From Planctomycetota bacterium (GTDB lineage Bacteria; Planctomycetota; B15-G4), in the NCBI GenBank assembly GCA_029259695.1, contig JAJDEQ010000144.1:1501-65500 (forward strand): a DNA stretch of 64,000 nt, read 5' to 3'. Position 1 is the stretch's first letter, and each line of letters starts with the position of its first letter. Of this stretch, positions 38,157-48,100 are shown piece after piece. Made by a program: the position numbers and the translations under genes. The notes under the pieces are model-generated. The model saw only the letters and a program-made list of their open reading frames with translations, was not told where the DNA came from and did no database searches.

Positions 38157-40505
38157 ATGCGACCCCTCGATCAACTCCGCTCTGAAATTCCCTTCTGGGA
38201 AAAGACCGCCGATATCGTCGATGAGTGCCTGGATCTGGCGTTGAACCTGAGCCAGAGCGGCCACCCCGGTGGCAGCCGGAGCAAGGTCCACGCGCTGCTC
38301 ACGCTGATGCTGTCGGGGGCCATGCGCTGGGACATCCGGCACCCCGAGGAGCGCTTTGCGGACCGTTTCGTGCTCGTCGCCGGACACTGCAACCCGGTCG
38401 TCTATGCCGCGCTGGCGGTGCTGAACGAGGCCATGCGGCTGCGCCACGAGCGCACCGGGGACGCCCGTTTCGCCCATCCGCTGGGCCGTGACTTCACCCT
38501 GCTGCCGGCCGACCTGCTCACCCTGCGGCAGAACGGAGGACTGCCCGGCCACGCCGAGATGGAAGGGCGCACGCTGTTCTTCAAGGCCAACACCGGGCCC
38601 TCCGGTCACGGGGCGCCGATCGCCGCGGGTGAGGCCATGGCGCTGAAGCACGCCGGCGCGGGCGAGGTGCGTGTGTTCGCCATGGAGGGCGAGGGCGGTC
38701 ACACGGCGGGTGCGCACCACGAGGTCAAGAACAGCGCCTGGGGGCTGGGGCTGGGCAACTTCACCTACCTGCTCGACTGGAACGACTGCGGCATCGACGA
38801 CCACCGCATCAGCCACGTCGTCCACGGGACGCCCGACACGTGGTTCAAGAGCTACGGCTGGCGCGTGGCTGGGGCCGAGGAGGGCAGCGACTTCAACGCG
38901 CTGATGACGGCCTTCCACGAAGTGCTCGCCAGTCGCGACCAGTCGGTGCCGAGCTGCGTGTGGTTCCGCACGCGCAAGGGGCGCGGGTACCTCAAGTACG
39001 ACAACGCATCCCACGGCGCGCCGCACAAGTTCAACAGCGAACCGTTCTGGACGCTGCGCAACGGCTTCGGCGAGAAGTACGGCGTGCAGTACAGCGGTGA
39101 GCAGGTGCAGGTCCCCTCCGACCGCGAGGACCGCGTCGCGCAGGGTCGTGACCACCTGGACGTGGCCCTGTCCGTCCTGGCCGGCGACCAGGCCCTGGTG
39201 GACTTCCTCTCCGATCGCCTGATCGACCTGGCCCAGGAGGTCCCGCGCGAGATTCCCAGCTTCCGTTGGGACACCGCCAACGACCCCTGGCAGGACGCGC
39301 GCCTCACGGATCCCGAGGCGCTGCCGGACGAGCTCTTCTTCGCGCCCGGTGAGCAGCAGCCCAACCGCAAGGGCTTCGCACGTTTCGGTGCCTATGCCAA
39401 CGCGATCGGCAGCGAGGACTACGGGCGACCGCTGTTCCTGGTGTGTGCCGCCGACCTCGCCGACAGCACGAACATCTCGGGCTTCGGCAAGCAGTGGGGT
39501 GACTTCCCGGGCTACGGCTGGTACCAGCGCGACGAGCGGCAGGAGGGCGTGGTGCTGCCCCAGGAGATCACCGAGTTCACCAACTCGGGCATCGTCTGCG
39601 GCGCCGCCAGCGTCAACCTGAGCGACAAGCCGTTCGAGAACTTCCGCGGCTACTTCGCCGGGTGCGCGACCTACGGCTCGTTCAGCTACCTCAAGTACGG
39701 CCCCATGCGGCTCTTCAGCCAGGCCTGCCAGGACAGCCAGATCAAGCTGGGCAAGGTCATCTGGGTCGCCGGACACAGCGGGCCCGAGACGGCGGAGGAC
39801 AGCCGCACGCACTTCGGCATCTTCTCGCCCGGCGTCACGTCGCTGTTCCCCCGCGGGCAGGTGCTGAACCTCCACCCCTGGGAGGCCAACGAGGTTCCGG
39901 TGGTGCTCGCCGCAGCCCTGGCCACCGAGGTGCCGATCGTGGTGTTGCACCTCACCCGGCCCCCGATCGAGATCCCCGACCGCAAGGCACTGGGCATCGA
40001 CGACCACCGGGCCGCGGCCCGTGGGGCCTACGTGATCCGACCCTTCGACGAGTCACGCCCCAAGCAGGGTGTGGTGATCGTGCGCGGGACGAGTTCGACC
40101 GCCAGCCTCGTCCAACTGCTGCCCTGGCTGCAGAGCGACGGGCCCAACCTGAAGGTCGTGGCGGCCGTAAGCCACGGTCTGTTCCGGCGGCAGTCGGACG
40201 AGTACCGCAACCACGTGCTGCCCCCGGCCGAATGGGCGCAGGCGATGGTCGTCTCCAACACCGCGCGCTGGAACATGAACAACTGGATCCCCCACGCCGT
40301 GTCCGCCGACTACGCGATCACGCCCGATTTCGACGATCGCTGGCGTACCGGTGGCTCGGTGGCGCAGATCGTGGCCGAGTCCCATCTCGACCCCGAGCAC
40401 CTGCGGGCCGGGATCCAGCGGTTCGTGGACGAGGCCCCGGAGCGGCACGAGCGCACCCGGGAGTTGCTCGCAGGCTTCCCGCCGGCGGAGTTCGTGGAGG
40501 CATGA
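38157..40505 (+). CDS. Transketolase-like TPP enzyme (divergent, 782 aa)
   Basis: SGHPGGS, DRFVLVAGH, LPGHAE, NTGPSGHG, GEG...DWND TPP motif, ADLADS, GHSGPETAEDSRTH. Confidence 0.85.
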   Translation: MRPLDQLRSEIPFWEKTADIVDECLDLALNLSQSGHPGGSRSKVHALLTLMLSGAMRWDIRHPEERFADRFVLVAGHCNPVVYAALAVLNEAMRLRHERTGDARFAHPLGRDFTLLPADLLTLRQNGGLPGHAEMEGRTLFFKANTGPSGHGAPIAAGEAMALKHAGAGEVRVFAMEGEGGHTAGAHHEVKNSAWGLGLGNFTYLLDWNDCGIDDHRISHVVHGTPDTWFKSYGWRVAGAEEGSDFNALMTAFHEVLASRDQSVPSCVWFRTRKGRGYLKYDNASHGAPHKFNSEPFWTLRNGFGEKYGVQYSGEQVQVPSDREDRVAQGRDHLDVALSVLAGDQALVDFLSDRLIDLAQEVPREIPSFRWDTANDPWQDARLTDPEALPDELFFAPGEQQPNRKGFARFGAYANAIGSEDYGRPLFLVCAADLADSTNISGFGKQWGDFPGYGWYQRDERQEGVVLPQEITEFTNSGIVCGAASVNLSDKPFENFRGYFAGCATYGSFSYLKYGPMRLFSQACQDSQIKLGKVIWVAGHSGPETAEDSRTHFGIFSPGVTSLFPRGQVLNLHPWEANEVPVVLAAALATEVPIVVLHLTRPPIEIPDRKALGIDDHRAAARGAYVIRPFDESRPKQGVVIVRGTSSTASLVQLLPWLQSDGPNLKVVAAVSHGLFRRQSDEYRNHVLPPAEWAQAMVVSNTARWNMNNWIPHAVSADYAITPDFDDRWRTGGSVAQIVAESHLDPEHLRAGIQRFVDEAPERHERTRELLAGFPPAEFVEA

Positions 40506-40868
40506 TCGCGCTCCATGGTTTCGTCACAGCCGGAGCAGTCCATGGGGCTCGAGGCGCTGAGCAGGTCTGTGTAACGGACTCGCATGGCATCCGACTCCCC
40601 AGTGGCCGCCGGATGCCGCGCCATCGCGTCACGGTGTGGAGATCCCGTGGATAAACGGCACGACTGACGGATCGACGAGGCTAGAGCAGGGAACCATCAG
40701 GACTTCAGGCATGGACAAGGTGCAAGAAACCACTCAACGTACGGGACATCGAGGAGAACGGCGTGCGGGCAACGGGCAACCCGGGCGGCGCCAAGAGTGC
40801 TGCTTTGGTGGGTGGCTGCCTGGTGGAGTGCACCCGATGGGTGGGTACCGAGTGGAGGGGATGTTCCG

Positions 40869-41753
40869 ATGACAGCGATTGAATCTGTTTACAGCCTGCG
40901 CGTTACCGAGAAGGTTCCGCAGGCCGTGGCGCTCGCGTTCCTCAAGGGCGAGCCGCGGGAGAATGTCTTCCTGATCTCCCGCATCGGTCGGGGAGGCATG
41001 GACAGCACGCGCCAACCCTCCGGGGGAACGTTCCTCGGTGTGTTCGACGAGGACCAGTCGCTGCGCGGCCTGGCGTTCCTGGGCAACGGTGGCGCTCTGG
41101 TCATCTCGGTGGACGAAGCCAAGGTGGCCGGCATGTTCGCGCGGCCGATCGCGGAGCGCGGCTACCGTTTCACCATCCTGATCGGTGAGAACGAGGCGGG
41201 GCGCGAGTTCCTTGCACGCTACAAGGGCGAGACGGGCGCCGTGCCGACGCTCAGCCGCAAGCAGCCGTTCTACGTGCTGACTTCCAAGGGCGTCGCGAAG
41301 GGCCTCAAGGAAATCGACATGGAGCAGGCCAGCCTCGACTCGATCGACGAGTTGACGGAACTGTCCTGTGCCATGGTCACCGAGGACCTGCGACTCAAGC
41401 CCTTCCAGGTCGACCGCAAGCACTACCGCATCCGCATGACCGAGAAGGTCATGGACGGCCGCGCGTTCCTTTGTCGCAACGACGAGGGGCGGCCCGTATT
41501 CAAGTGCGACCTCGCCGTGATGGGCCCCGAGGGCGCCCTGCTCGAAGGGGTCTACACGCCGAAGGAGTGCCGCAAGCAGGGTCTCGCGACACGCGCGCTC
41601 TGGACGCTGTGCAAGGACCTGGTCAACCGCGAGGGCGTCCCCTTCATCGCGCTCCACGTCGACGAGAAGAACAAGGCGGCGCGCAAGGCCTACGAGAAGG
41701 TGGGCTTCGAGCACAGCAGCGACTTCCGTCTCGCGCTGATGCCACCGCTCTGA
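40869..41753 (+). CDS. GNAT family acetyltransferase with N-terminal extension
   Basis: C-terminal LEGVYTPKECRKQGLAT...LHVDEKNKAARKAYEKVGF; GGAGGGG upstream. Confidence 0.85.
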   Translation: MTAIESVYSLRVTEKVPQAVALAFLKGEPRENVFLISRIGRGGMDSTRQPSGGTFLGVFDEDQSLRGLAFLGNGGALVISVDEAKVAGMFARPIAERGYRFTILIGENEAGREFLARYKGETGAVPTLSRKQPFYVLTSKGVAKGLKEIDMEQASLDSIDELTELSCAMVTEDLRLKPFQVDRKHYRIRMTEKVMDGRAFLCRNDEGRPVFKCDLAVMGPEGALLEGVYTPKECRKQGLATRALWTLCKDLVNREGVPFIALHVDEKNKAARKAYEKVGFEHSSDFRLALMPPL

Positions 41754-41807
41754 TTCACCGCGGGACCGGCCGTCGGGGCGCTGGAGCGGACTCCCGGAGC
41801 GGGACGA

Positions 41808-42740
41808 TCAGTGCCCGGCGAGGAAACGCTCGGCGTCGAGGGCGGCCATGCACCCGGTCCCGGCGGCGCTGATGGCCTGACGGTAGATCGGGTCGGCTAC
41901 GTCTCCGGCGGCGAACACGCCGGGCACGTTGGTCCGGGTGGCGCCGTCGACCTTGAGGTAGCCCTTCTCGTCCAGGTCGAGCTGGCCGGCGAAGACCTCG
42001 GTGTTGGGCTTGTGCCCGATGGCGACGAACAACCCGTCCAGCTCCATCAGGCTCTCTTCGCCCGTCTTGAGGTTGCGGACGCGCGCGCCCCTGAGGCGCC
42101 GCTTGTCGTCCAACGACACCATCTCGTCCACCACGGTGTCGGTGACGAACTCGATCTTGGGGTTCTCCTGGGCGCGCTTGAGCATGATCTTGCTGGCCCG
42201 GAACTCCTCGCGGCGGTGGATCACGGTGACCTTGCTCGCGAACTTGGTCAGGTAGTCGGACTCTTCCATGGCGCTGTCGCCTCCGCCCACCACGCCCACG
42301 TGCACGTCGCGGAAGAACGCCGCGTCACAGGTGGCGCAGGCCGACACGCCGTAGCCCATCAGGTGATCCTCGCCCTTCGCGCCCAGCAGCTGTGCGGTGG
42401 CTCCGGTGGCGACGACGACGGTGTCGGCCTCGAGGCTCTTGCCGTCGCTGTCCTCGAGGGCGAACGGGCGCTTGCTGAAGTCGACCTTGTTGATCCGACC
42501 CGGGTGGATCTCGGTGCCGAAGCGCTCGGCCTGCTGGCGCATGCGCTCCATCAGGTCGGGGCCCATCACCCCCTCGGGGAAGCCCGGGAAGTTCTCGACG
42601 TCGGTGGTGATCGTGAGCTGGCCGCCCGGCTGGAGGCCGGCGTAGAGCAGCGGCTGGAGGTCGGCGCGGGCAGCGTAGATGGCGGCCGTGTATCCGGCGG
42701 CTCCCGATCCGATGATGACGATCTTGCGCGACTGGCTCAT
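41808..42740 (-). CDS. trxB: Thioredoxin-disulfide reductase
   Basis: IIGSGAAGYTAAIYAAR, GGQLTITTDVENFPGF, GVSACATCD, VGGGDSAMEE, GVFAAGDV. Confidence 0.97.
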   Translation of the reverse strand: MSQSRKIVIIGSGAAGYTAAIYAARADLQPLLYAGLQPGGQLTITTDVENFPGFPEGVMGPDLMERMRQQAERFGTEIHPGRINKVDFSKRPFALEDSDGKSLEADTVVVATGATAQLLGAKGEDHLMGYGVSACATCDAAFFRDVHVGVVGGGDSAMEESDYLTKFASKVTVIHRREEFRASKIMLKRAQENPKIEFVTDTVVDEMVSLDDKRRLRGARVRNLKTGEESLMELDGLFVAIGHKPNTEVFAGQLDLDEKGYLKVDGATRTNVPGVFAAGDVADPIYRQAISAAGTGCMAALDAERFLAGH

Positions 42741-42940
42741 GTACACAATTCCTGCTCGGGGACCCACGAAGGCGCGGGATGATAGCACGCGCTCGGTCCG
42801 GCTCAGCGGGGTCGGTCAGCGTGGGCGCGGTGTTCCGGGCGGGCGTCGCTGGAAGGGGGCGCGACACCTGCGGGGCCGGCGTCGAGGGCTCCGTTCCGGG
42901 GCGGCGCCGCTCGCACGAGCCGCTACAATCGCAGCCGACC

Positions 42941-44560
42941 ATGCCTTCCCCCGACGAGTACGACGACGCGTTCCTGTGGGAGCTCCCGGGCACGACCTCG
43001 TCGTCCGCGGAGCAGGGTGCGGTGCCCTCCCAGCCGGCGCGCAGGCGGGCCGGCGAGCCGGGGCCCCGGGAGCCGCGCGCCGTCGCGGAGGATGTGCCGT
43101 CGCCGACGAGCGACGAGCCGCGCACATGGACCGTTCCCGAGGTGGGGGAGCACATCAGCTCCCTGCTCAAGTCGGGCTTCCCCGAGCCGTTCTGGCTGGT
43201 GGGCGAGACGTTCGAGCTGGAACGCACCTCCCGCCGCGGCGGCCCCCACTGGTACTTCGCCCTGGTCGACGAGCAGGGCGCTGCGGGCACCGGGCGCGGA
43301 CAGCCGAAGCGCGCGACGCTCTCGGTGAAGATGTGGCGGCGGACGGTGGAGGGCCTCTTCGGGCCGCGCGGCAAGCTCGCCGGGGTGCTCGAGCCCGCCG
43401 ATGGCGTCGTGCTGCGAGTCCTGGTGAAGCCGGACTTCTATGCCCCCAAGGGCGAGATCAGCTTCACCATCAGCGACATCGACCCGGAGTTCACGCTGGG
43501 CAGCCTCGACCGTCAGCGGCGCGAAGTGCTGCGCCGACTGGAGCTCGAAGGTGCGTTGCGGTGGAACAAGCAGGTGAGCCTGCCCGACCCGCCGCTGCGC
43601 ATCGGGCTGGTGACCGCGGCCGGCAGCGCTGCCCACCAGGACTTCCTCAAGGAACTGGGCGCCGCGGGGATCGGATTCCAGGTGCTGGCGTGCAACGCGC
43701 GCATGCAGGGCACCACGACGAGCGTCGAGGTGTGCGCGGCGCTCACGACGCTGGCCGGCCTCGACGTGGATGCAATCTGCCTGGTGCGCGGCGGCGGGTC
43801 GCGGCTCGACCTGTCCTGGTTCGACCAGGAAGACATCGCCCGGGCCATCGCGACCTGTCCGGTCCCGGTGCTCACCGGGATCGGGCACGAGATCGACACG
43901 TCAGTGGCCGACGCGGCGGCGCACGCCGGCTTCAAGACGCCGACCAAGGTCGCCCAGTGGCTGGTGGAGCGGGCCCGTGAATGTCTGGGCCAGGCTGAGG
44001 CGGTGTGGACCGCCATCTGCCTGCAGGCGGACGAGAGGTTGCGCGCCGAGCGCGAAGGGCTGATGGACACGGCGCGACGCGCCCAGATCTCGGTCGTGGA
44101 AGGGCTCGACGAGGCCCGCGGCCGGCTCGATCAGGCCGGTGAACGGCTGCCCGCCCTCGCGCAGCGCCGACTCGAGCGCGAGCAGCACGGTCTGCAGCGG
44201 GCCGTCGCGACCGTGGGCTCGGGCGTGCACACCGAGGCCCTGGCGCGTCACGAGTCGCGCATGGGTGCGGCGGTCGAGCGCCTGGGGCTGATCGCGCGCC
44301 GCGGCAGTGATCAGCAGGATCAGGCCCTGCGCGACGTGGAGGAGCGGGTGCGCCTGCTCGATCCGCGGGCGATCCTGCGCCGCGGCTACGCCTGGCTCCG
44401 TCGTCCCGATGGCGCGATTCTGAAGGACGCCTCGGATGCTCGGAAGGGTGAGGCGCTCACCGCCGTGATGCGCGACGGCGAACTCGACCTCACCGCCGGC
44501 ACCGCCCGCCCGGCTGCCGAGGATGGGGCGAGCGCCACGACCGACGAAGACGCTTCGTGA
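42941..44560 (+). CDS. xseA: Exodeoxyribonuclease VII large subunit
   Basis: HWYFALVD OB fold, RIGLVTAAGSAA, RGGGS..DLSWF, TGIGHEID, TPTKVA, LRRGYA. TACAAT at 42924-42929 upstream. Confidence 0.92.
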   Translation: MPSPDEYDDAFLWELPGTTSSSAEQGAVPSQPARRRAGEPGPREPRAVAEDVPSPTSDEPRTWTVPEVGEHISSLLKSGFPEPFWLVGETFELERTSRRGGPHWYFALVDEQGAAGTGRGQPKRATLSVKMWRRTVEGLFGPRGKLAGVLEPADGVVLRVLVKPDFYAPKGEISFTISDIDPEFTLGSLDRQRREVLRRLELEGALRWNKQVSLPDPPLRIGLVTAAGSAAHQDFLKELGAAGIGFQVLACNARMQGTTTSVEVCAALTTLAGLDVDAICLVRGGGSRLDLSWFDQEDIARAIATCPVPVLTGIGHEIDTSVADAAAHAGFKTPTKVAQWLVERARECLGQAEAVWTAICLQADERLRAEREGLMDTARRAQISVVEGLDEARGRLDQAGERLPALAQRRLEREQHGLQRAVATVGSGVHTEALARHESRMGAAVERLGLIARRGSDQQDQALRDVEERVRLLDPRAILRRGYAWLRRPDGAILKDASDARKGEALTAVMRDGELDLTAGTARPAAEDGASATTDEDAS

Positions 44561-46116
44561 GCGGCGCACCCACACCCCGGGCCGCGGACCGCGGGCTGCT
44601 TGCCGCGCGGTCTGCGCTCGCGCCTGCCGTGCTGCTGCCTACCGTGCTGCTGCGGGCTGGCGTGCTGCAGCGGGCTGCCGTGCTGCTGCGAGCTGCCGTG
44701 CTGCAGCGGGCTGCCGTGCTGCTGCGGGCTGGCGTGCTGCTGCGGGCTGGCGTGCTGCTGCTGCTTGGCGTGCTGCTGCTGGCTGCGGGCTGCGCGCCCT
44801 CCGGACCTCAGCCCATCGTGCGCTCGCCGTCGCCCACCGCCCCGGTGATCATGATCCTGATCGACACCCTGCGCGCCGACCACACGAGCATCCACGGCTA
44901 CGCCCGCCGCACCACGCCGTTCCTGAACGAACTGGCCGAGCAGAGCATCGTCTTCGAGCGCGCCTACGCCGCCGCGAGTTGGACCCGTCCGTCGATCGCG
45001 TCGCTGTTCAGCGGTCGCCTGCCAGAGAGCCACGGTTGCGAGGGTCGCGACGGACGGCTCGTGCCCGAGGTGCTCACCCTGGCCGAGGCCTTCACCGACG
45101 CCGGCTACGAGTCGCGCGGCGTGATCGCCAATGGCAACGTGCTGGGCAAGTACGGCTTCGACCAGGGCTTCCTGCAGTACGCCCACATCAAGGACTGGCC
45201 GGCCTACCCCTATGCGGACGCCGTGCGCATGGAGGAACCGGTGGATGACGCCTTCGCCGCCATCGAGCGCGAGGCGTTCTTCGTCTACCTGCACTACGTC
45301 GACCCGCACGACCCCTACATCGTCCACCCGGAGACGGACTACAGTCCGGACTACGAAGGTCCCATGGACGGCGCACGGGAGACGCTCAAGCCGTTCAACG
45401 GCAAGCGTCCGCCAGCGGCCGAGATGGCCCGCGCCATCGATCTGTACGACGGCGAGATCCTCTGGTTCGACGGCTACATGCGCGAGCTGTTCGGCAAGCT
45501 GGAGGCCAGCGGCATCCTCGATCGCGCGTGGGTGCTGATCACCAGCGACCACGGTGAGGGCCTGTGGGACCATCGGGTGCAGTCTCACGGGCAGGAGGTC
45601 TTCGAGGAGCAGATCCACGTGCCGCTGGTGGTGCGCCCTCCCGGCGGACTCGCCGCCCGGGCGTCGCTGCCCGATCCGATCTCGCTGATCGACGTGGCAC
45701 CCACGCTGCTCGACCTGGTGGAGGTGGAAGTCCCCGCCGACTTCGAGGGCCGCTCGTGGGCTCCGTTCCTGCGCGGACTCGAGGACGCACCCGTGCGGCC
45801 GGTGATCGTCGACGAGGAGATGGACATGTTCCACATGGCCGCGATCATCGAGGGCGAGGACAAGCTGATCGTCGACTACGGCCGGGAGACGCGCCGCCTG
45901 TACGATCTCGGTGCCAACCCCGATGAGATGGGCGCGCAGGCCGTGGATCTCGATCGGCGCCCCACGACCAGGGGCAACCAGCTCGAGCGCACGCTGCTCG
46001 AGGCCCTGGCCCGGGCGGCCCGCGCCCGTCCGCAGAACACCACGGGCGAGGAGACCGACCCCGAGCAGCTGAAGATGCTCGAGGCCCTCGGGTACGTGGG
46101 CGACGACGACGACTGA
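44557..46116 (+). CDS. Sulfatase-like (alkaline phosphatase superfamily) lipoprotein, Thr-type
   Basis: ILIDTLRADH, ASWTRPSIASLFSG, LHYVDPHDPY, YDGEI, SDHGEG, HVPL; lipobox AAGC; GTGA overlap with xseA. Confidence 0.88.
   Translation: MSGAPTPRAADRGLLAARSALAPAVLLPTVLLRAGVLQRAAVLLRAAVLQRAAVLLRAGVLLRAGVLLLLGVLLLAAGCAPSGPQPIVRSPSPTAPVIMILIDTLRADHTSIHGYARRTTPFLNELAEQSIVFERAYAAASWTRPSIASLFSGRLPESHGCEGRDGRLVPEVLTLAEAFTDAGYESRGVIANGNVLGKYGFDQGFLQYAHIKDWPAYPYADAVRMEEPVDDAFAAIEREAFFVYLHYVDPHDPYIVHPETDYSPDYEGPMDGARETLKPFNGKRPPAAEMARAIDLYDGEILWFDGYMRELFGKLEASGILDRAWVLITSDHGEGLWDHRVQSHGQEVFEEQIHVPLVVRPPGGLAARASLPDPISLIDVAPTLLDLVEVEVPADFEGRSWAPFLRGLEDAPVRPVIVDEEMDMFHMAAIIEGEDKLIVDYGRETRRLYDLGANPDEMGAQAVDLDRRPTTRGNQLERTLLEALARAARARPQNTTGEETDPEQLKMLEALGYVGDDDD
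44644..44787. repeat. Eight 18-bp tandem units within the signal-peptide region
   Basis: gtgctgc(t/a)gcgggctg(g/c)c units encoding VLLRAG/VLQRAA/VLLRAA/VLQRAA/VLLRAG/VLLRAG/VLLLLG/VLLLAA. Confidence 0.9.
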
Positions 46117-46135
46117 AGCTAAGATCCTCCCACCC

Positions 46136-47584
46136 ATGCGCCGCCCGATCCTCATCGTCATCACCTGTTGCGCCCTGGGCGCGGCGCTCGCCTGCAGCCG
46201 CGGCTCCGCCGAGCTCCAGACGCTGGGGCAGCCCAAGTCGATCGTGATGATCCTGATCGACACCCTGCGCTCCGACCACATGAGCCTGTACGGCAGCGAA
46301 CGCACGACGACGCCGTTCCTCGACGGGCTGGCCCGGGAGAGCATCGTCTTCGGCAACGCCTACGCGCCCGCGAGCTGGACCCGTGCTTCGGTGGCGTCGC
46401 TGTTCAGCTCGCGTATCCCCGAGAGTCACGGCTGCGAGGGCCGCGACGGCATGCTCTCGTCCAGCGTGGTCACCCTGGCCGAGGCGCTCGCCGCCGAGGG
46501 CTACGAGGCACGCGGTGTGGTCGCCAACGGCAACGTGCTGCCGCGCCACGGCCTCGATCAGGGGTTCGTGCAGTACGACTTCATCAAGGACTACCCCGAC
46601 TACCCGTACGCCGACGCGCTGGAGATGATCGAGCCGGTCGCCGACGCCCTGGGGCAACTCGGCCCGGGCCCGCACTTCGTCTACCTGCACTACGTCGACC
46701 CGCACGATCCCTACACGCCGCATCACGACGCCGACTTCGACCCGGACTACACTGGGCCCATGGATGGCTCGCGCGAGCAGCTCGAGCCGTTCGGCTTCAA
46801 GCGTCCGCCCGAGGCCGAAGCCCAGCGCACGATCGACCTGTACGACGGCGAGATCCTCTGGTTCGACCGCCAGCTCGAACACGTCTTCTCCGACCTGGAG
46901 GCGCGCGGTCTGCTGGACGAGAGCTGGGTGGTGATCGTGAGCGATCACGGAGAGGGGCTCTGGGATCACGGGGTGATGACTCACGGGGCCGACGTGTTCC
47001 AGGAGCAGCTGCGCGTGCCGCTGATCATCCGGCCGCCGGGCGGGCTGCGCAGCGGACACCTGTGGATCGACGAGCAGATCTCGCTGATCGACGTGGCGCC
47101 GACGCTGCTCGAGTGCGTGGGACTGGCGCAGCCGGAGGACTTCGAGGGGCGCTCCTGGGCGTCCTTCCTCGATGGGCGCGAGGAAGCGCCGGTGCGTCCG
47201 GTGGTGATCGACGAAGAGCTCCAGAACGTGAACCTGGCGGCGATCGTGGACGGTGACCACAAGCTGATCGTGGACTTCAATCGCAACCGGCGTCACCTGT
47301 ACGACCTCGCGACCAATCCACGCGAGGAGCCCGAGGGCGCGATCGACCTGCAGCAGACCCACTCGGAGGTGGGGACGCGGCTGTGGCGCGAACTCGATCG
47401 GGCACTGAGTCGTGCGCGAGAGCGGCGACCGAACGACAATGTCTTCGTCGAGGAGGATCCCGAGCAGCTCGAGATCCTGCGCCGGATGGGCTACATCGAC
47501 GACGAGACGGACGCTGTCCCGCGCGACGACGGGCGAGCGGGCGGGGTCGAACCCGAGGGGGCCGACGACGGCCCGGACGGCTGA
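46136..47584 (+). CDS. Sulfatase-like lipoprotein, Thr-type (tandem paralog)
   Basis: ILIDTLRSDH, ASWTRASVASLFSS, LHYVDPHDPY, SDHGEGLWDH; lipobox ALAC; collinear with 44557-46116. Confidence 0.88.
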   Translation: MRRPILIVITCCALGAALACSRGSAELQTLGQPKSIVMILIDTLRSDHMSLYGSERTTTPFLDGLARESIVFGNAYAPASWTRASVASLFSSRIPESHGCEGRDGMLSSSVVTLAEALAAEGYEARGVVANGNVLPRHGLDQGFVQYDFIKDYPDYPYADALEMIEPVADALGQLGPGPHFVYLHYVDPHDPYTPHHDADFDPDYTGPMDGSREQLEPFGFKRPPEAEAQRTIDLYDGEILWFDRQLEHVFSDLEARGLLDESWVVIVSDHGEGLWDHGVMTHGADVFQEQLRVPLIIRPPGGLRSGHLWIDEQISLIDVAPTLLECVGLAQPEDFEGRSWASFLDGREEAPVRPVVIDEELQNVNLAAIVDGDHKLIVDFNRNRRHLYDLATNPREEPEGAIDLQQTHSEVGTRLWRELDRALSRARERRPNDNVFVEEDPEQLEILRRMGYIDDETDAVPRDDGRAGGVEPEGADDGPDG

Positions 47585-47632
47585 CGGTGTCTCGACCGCG
47601 CGTCGGCGTGGTCGTGCAGGAAGGACCAAGCG

Positions 47633-47992
47633 GTGGCGACGGGCAAACAGACACGGGCGAAGCACAAGACGTTCCGGAGCGCGCGGGAGCGGCTCGACGA
47701 GATCCTGGACGAACTCGAGCACGACGCGGGCGACGTGGACCAGTTGGCGGCCCGGGTCAAGGAAGCGGGGGAGCTGATCCGCTTCTGTCGTGAGCGGCTC
47801 CAGGCAGCGCGCCACGAGGTGACCGAGGTCGTGGCGGCGCTGGGCGCGGAGGTGGACGTCGAGGCGGCTGCGACCTCCGTGACCCCTGCGACCCCCGCGA
47901 CGGCCGGTGATGACGAGCGGCCGCCGGACGTCCCGCCCCCCGACTACGAGGCGGGCGACGTCCCGATCGCGGAAGACGACCTGCCCTTCTAG
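47633..47992 (+). CDS. xseB: Exodeoxyribonuclease VII small subunit with acidic C-terminal tail
   Basis: TFRSARERLDEILDELE...VKEAGELIRFCRERLQAARHEV; AAGGA RBS. Confidence 0.85.
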   Translation: MATGKQTRAKHKTFRSARERLDEILDELEHDAGDVDQLAARVKEAGELIRFCRERLQAARHEVTEVVAALGAEVDVEAAATSVTPATPATAGDDERPPDVPPPDYEAGDVPIAEDDLPF

Positions 47993-48012
47993 CGCCCCCG
48001 CCGGTCGACAGT

Positions 48013-48100
48013 CCCGGTGCGGAACTCAGCCCGGTGCGGAACTCAGCCCGGCGCGGAGACTCAGCCCGGCGCGGAGACTCAGCCCGGCGCGGAGACTCAG
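48013..48100. repeat. Five tandem 17/18-bp units at a convergent junction
   Basis: cccggtgcggaactcag x2, then cccggcgcggagactcag x3. The last unit includes the stop codon at 48097-48099. Confidence 0.9.
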
